Origin: Guillardia theta CCMP2712
Taxonomy: Eukaryota; Protista; Cryptophyta
Length of the DNA stretch: 41,566 bases
Assembly (NCBI RefSeq): GCF_000315625.1
Contig: NW_005434410.1
Span: forward strand, 1-41,566
Direction: 5' to 3'
In this document: piece after piece, positions 37,866-41,566 of the stretch
Layout of the letters: each line of letters opens with the position of its first letter
How positions within the stretch are numbered: position 1 is the first letter of the stretch
Translations under genes and position numbers: made by a program
The notes under the pieces: generated by a model
Told to the model about the DNA's origin: nothing
The model's database searches: none
The model's input: only the letters and a program-made list of their open reading frames with translations

Positions 37866-40850
37866 ATGCGGCAAAGGGATCAGGTCTTTGCCAACCACGG
37901 CATCCCTCTACTGTGCGAGGAGGCAGACGAGCTTGCGTTTCGACTGCAGTACAACAGGTACCACAAGAAGACCATTGAAAGGATCATGCTTGGTACCTCG
38001 TGTACATATAGTATGTTTGCAGTGAGCTTGCTGTTAAGTGCCGAATGTCGAGCACAGAGTTTTCTCTGTCTTGCACAAGCATTCTTGTTTTCCGCCAATT
38101 CGATCCTCTGTATTTTATTCTTTGCAGGGCTGGCCTTGCCGTCCTTTGAGCCTTACGTCAACCGCAGCAGAAACAAAGACATCCTCTTCACAGTCTGGAA
38201 CACCCTGGCGTTCATGTTGGAGATCGCTCGGAAAACCATAGCGGACCTCCGGAGATCTGAGACCCCCATGATGCTCTCTCCGCACGTGAACATGACGATT
38301 GACTACTTGCATGGCGTCCCTTGGACTTGGAGCTGCTCGGACTCCAACCCAGTGGACACAGCTTGGAAGCACCATACTGTGTTCTCCTTTGAGGACGCGC
38401 AATGTACAAGTCGACTGCTGACCAACGAAAGCATTTCTGTCTTCCTCTTCGTCGGATTTTTCATCCCCCTGACGGCGGGGATCGATGGCCAGTCGGCCGC
38501 ATGGCTGTGCGTGACGGAGGTCTTGTCGTACGTGCTGAGTGGACTGTGTGTTGGCCATGAGCTGGGCTCGATGGTGCACGTGGTTGTTCTGCTTGGCACC
38601 TTCACCCTCGCAAACATCCTGATCTGCAACTCGAGGATCAGTGCGGCTCGAGAGCGGTTCATGCGCGAGAAGGGCCTGAAGGCTTCGACGGCGCAGACCC
38701 TCCAGCTGCTCTGCACCATGATCCCGAGGTCCCTACACACCAAGTTGAAGCATGAGAAGCAGAAGCTGTTTGTCGGCAACACGATGGATCACTGCACTAT
38801 CATGCACCTCAGGATCTCTCCCGCGGCATCGGAGGACGTGTCACGGCGGCCTCACGACGTGTTCAACCTCGTCGACAAGGTCTTCTCGGACTTCGACTCG
38901 CTCGTCGACGCCTTCGGCATGTTCAAACACTACCACTCAGAGGACGTCTACGTCGTGGCTTGTCCGCGTGCTGCGTGTCCCTTCCAGGCCCCTGTCAACC
39001 ATGCGGCGTACGTGTCGATCTCGGCCAAGAAGATGATCATCCTTGCTCAGCAGCTGATCGAGCGCTCGAAGCTCTACCGCTCCCCGTCGGGAGAGGTGCT
39101 ATGGGCCAAGGTCGGGATCCATGTGGGGGAGGTGGCGGGTGCGGTGATCGGCCACCAGAGGAGGTTCTACTCGCTGTTCGGCAGCACTATCCATGACTGT
39201 CGGAGGCTCTGCGACGCGAGCGAGGCGGGGCGGATCCTCTGCTCAGAGCAGCTGGTGGAAATCCTCAGGAAGGACGTGAGCACCTGCCTCATCTATCACA
39301 GGAGTGAGGCTGGTGAGAGCCAGCTGGGGTCGGCGTACTTTGTGGAGGTGGACGAGGAGAACTCGCTGGACCTGGATCCTGAGTCGCTGTACTCCTCCTC
39401 GACCTCCAACATCCCTCGCCGAGAGGAGGAGCACCCCATGTCGCTGCAGACCGCCTCCAGCGCCTCCAACGCCACGACATCGTCGGGAAACGCGATGGAT
39501 GCAGAAACAAGCGTGTCGGATGCCAGCAACTCCAACACGACCTGGAGGATTTTCTTGCAGGAGGATCAAGAGGAGGACCTTGTCGAGAAAAGCAAGAGGA
39601 GCAGGGAGGCCCTCCATCACGTCAACTCGACCTGGTGCGAGTTCGCCGACGTGGCAACGGAGGCGAGCTTCCTGGAGAGCCGAGCCATGAACGTGTTCAC
39701 CCGCACCCTCATCGGCATCTTCTGCAACAGCGTTGTCTTCCTCTCCTCTCTTCACGCCCTCAAGGACCTCAGGATCTTGCAGGTGGAGGAGTACCGCCAC
39801 GTCAGCTGGAGGATCTCCTTCATGCAGTTTGCGGGCTTTTCTGTTCAGCTGATGATTCTTCTCTGCGGCCTCGTGGCCTACTTCAGCCACCTCCGCTTCT
39901 TCCACTCCGGGTCGGTCAAGACTGCCGCGAGCCTCCACTCGTGTGTTGTGTTCTGGCAACGCGCTCTCGTCCTCTGCAACTTCGTCTTCCTCGCAGCTCT
40001 GGTCCTCTGCGGCATCTGGATCAACACGACGGGATCTTGCCTCCTCTTCTTCCCGGTGTTCAGTGCCAGCAACCTCCTCCAAGCTGGGTGCCAGCTGAAG
40101 GAGCACACCATCATCATGCTGATCACGACCGGGCTGACCGTTGTGCTGATCTACTGCTGGATCCCCGGCATGTCCCTTGTCGCCATCATCTTCACCTACT
40201 TCGTCCTCTACATGAGCAACAGGGCGCTCAAGGAGTTCAACTGGGTGGAGAGGGAGCAGTGGAGCGCGTCCCAGCTGATCAGCGCAGAGAACAAGGCCAT
40301 CCTGCACATCCTCAACGACCTGTTCCCTCCCGACATCGCGCACGAGATCGTCAGCACAGGAAGGATCACCACCAGACTCCGCAGGGCCGTCGTCCTCGTC
40401 CTCGACATCTCCTGTTTCTCCCAGCTGACTGCCCAGCTGACCCCCTTGCAGGCAGCTGAGCTCTTTCACCTCCTCTTCTCCCGCCTCGACAGCGTCGCCT
40501 CCTCCTTCCGAGCTGCCTTCAAGGTTGACTCGCACAACGAGACGTACAGCTGTGCCGCCTGGGCGAAGCCGGGGGAGGAGCAGAGCATGTGCAAGAGGAT
40601 GGAGACGATGGGGAGGAGGATGGTGGCGGAGGTCATGGAGGTGGCGAGGGAGAAGAAGGTTGATCTGCATGCCACCGTCGGCATCGCCATGGGAGGGTGT
40701 GTAGCTGGAGCGATAGGAAGGCTCCAGCAGCGATACCAGCTGAAGGGAGAGGCGATGGAGGAGGCGAGGCGGCTGCAGGCGTGTGCGGGGAGAAACGAGG
40801 TCAGGATGGGGGAGGCGGTGAAGAAGTTGGTAGGGGAGAACGAAATGTAA
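37866..40850 (+). CDS. Membrane class III nucleotidyl cyclase-like protein (TM block-C1-TM block-C2), degenerate active site
   Basis: Uninterrupted ~994-aa ORF with two hydrophobic helical clusters. Cyclase motifs LVDKVFSDFDSLV..KVGIHVGEVAGAVIG..YSLFGST and VLVLDISCFS..LFSRLD..VGIAMGGCVAGAIG..YQLKGEA. An upstream exon cannot be excluded. Confidence 0.88.
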   Translation: MRQRDQVFANHGIPLLCEEADELAFRLQYNRYHKKTIERIMLGTSCTYSMFAVSLLLSAECRAQSFLCLAQAFLFSANSILCILFFAGLALPSFEPYVNRSRNKDILFTVWNTLAFMLEIARKTIADLRRSETPMMLSPHVNMTIDYLHGVPWTWSCSDSNPVDTAWKHHTVFSFEDAQCTSRLLTNESISVFLFVGFFIPLTAGIDGQSAAWLCVTEVLSYVLSGLCVGHELGSMVHVVVLLGTFTLANILICNSRISAARERFMREKGLKASTAQTLQLLCTMIPRSLHTKLKHEKQKLFVGNTMDHCTIMHLRISPAASEDVSRRPHDVFNLVDKVFSDFDSLVDAFGMFKHYHSEDVYVVACPRAACPFQAPVNHAAYVSISAKKMIILAQQLIERSKLYRSPSGEVLWAKVGIHVGEVAGAVIGHQRRFYSLFGSTIHDCRRLCDASEAGRILCSEQLVEILRKDVSTCLIYHRSEAGESQLGSAYFVEVDEENSLDLDPESLYSSSTSNIPRREEEHPMSLQTASSASNATTSSGNAMDAETSVSDASNSNTTWRIFLQEDQEEDLVEKSKRSREALHHVNSTWCEFADVATEASFLESRAMNVFTRTLIGIFCNSVVFLSSLHALKDLRILQVEEYRHVSWRISFMQFAGFSVQLMILLCGLVAYFSHLRFFHSGSVKTAASLHSCVVFWQRALVLCNFVFLAALVLCGIWINTTGSCLLFFPVFSASNLLQAGCQLKEHTIIMLITTGLTVVLIYCWIPGMSLVAIIFTYFVLYMSNRALKEFNWVEREQWSASQLISAENKAILHILNDLFPPDIAHEIVSTGRITTRLRRAVVLVLDISCFSQLTAQLTPLQAAELFHLLFSRLDSVASSFRAAFKVDSHNETYSCAAWAKPGEEQSMCKRMETMGRRMVAEVMEVAREKKVDLHATVGIAMGGCVAGAIGRLQQRYQLKGEAMEEARRLQACAGRNEVRMGEAVKKLVGENEM

Positions 40851-40918
40851 GCAGGTGAAGGGGAGGGGAGGGGATGACGATGGAAAGGTTAAGATGTAAA
40901 ACAAGGTCGGTCACATGG

Positions 40919-41029
40919 TTAAATTTTCAATGATGGTGAATGAATACTCAATGATGTACATGTAGATCTCAAGGGGTAGATTGCCCCCCCCCTTTCCCCC
41001 CTCCTGCTCCTGCTCCTGCTCCTGCTCCG

Positions 41030-41067
<38 letters not shown>

Positions 41068-41566
41068 GACTGCGGTTGCTCAGCCTCCTGATCCGGTTGC
41101 TGCTCCTGCTCCTGCTGCTGATCCCGTTGTTGAGCCGGACCCTCCTCTGGTAGCTGCTCAGCATGGGCTCTCGGCCATGCATGCGATGCGGGACATCCTC
41201 GGACCCAGGCTCTCCGCCCAGCTCTCCGGCCTTGGGGGCCATCGTGGGATGAGGGTGATGATGACGGGGGTCAAGGTGAGGTGAAGCCTTGGTGGAAGCT
41301 ACTGGATCATCCTGCGAAAACAAATCAGCTGGGGGGGAGGAGACGCACAATGCATGCTCGAGTTCTGTTAGAGCAGCATGGGAAGAGCAGAAACGTGGTC
41401 AGGAGCATCTTGACTTTTCTTTTGTTCGCTATCGTCCAAAAGTTCACTGGATATTTCCTCCCATCCGCCATGTTCGGTTGTTCTCTTCCTCCACATCTTT
41501 CCCTCCTTCGCGCTACACAGCTTCTGGTACTTCGCCTTGTGCTTCGACTCTCGCCCTCTCTGACCT
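40919..41566 (-). CDS. 3' part of a gene entering from the right edge, unknown product
   Basis: Open frame RESKHKAKYQKLCSAKEGKDVEEENNRTWRMGRKYPVNFWTIANKKSQDAPDH, then an intron-like stretch, then ORF 40919..41350. No domain recognised. Confidence 0.35.

Noticed and set aside
39243-40904. 553-aa antisense ORF and other shadow ORFs over the cyclase
   Set aside because: Expected from high third-position GC on the sense gene; no independent motifs.

Overview
Eukaryotic, intron-rich draft nuclear sequence with four N-gaps. It has ~45-60 nt introns plus longer microsatellite-filled ones and strong CTGAC branch points. A cryptophyte alga (Guillardia/Hanusia-like) is my inference from gene style, not a verified ID. 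Genes left to right: a multi-exon STE/MAP3K-like kinase with a multi-TM N-terminus (-); a weak putative gene (-); two tandem paralogues of an unknown, possibly HSF-like family (-); a Pelle/RLK-like pseudokinase fused to RING/RBR-like and small Cys domains (+); a double Zn(II)2Cys6 transcription factor (+); an inverted second copy of the pseudokinase gene (-); a 1.7-kb spacer with three copies of a ~30-40 bp AT-rich motif, a GC/palindrome-rich island and possible decayed retroelement pieces; a small 8-exon protein with three WE(N/D)SxF repeats (+); a very large Cys-rich type I membrane protein (+); PIG-Q/GPI1 (-); an intronless, catalytically degenerate two-domain membrane nucleotidyl cyclase (+); and a partial gene at the right edge (-). 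No rRNA, tRNA or CRISPR array is seen. Best leads: the inverted pseudokinase-E3 pair around the TF, the AT-rich motif, the multi-TM kinase, and the GGGGTA/ACCGGT tracts upstream of most genes. All gene models were spliced by eye and are approximate.
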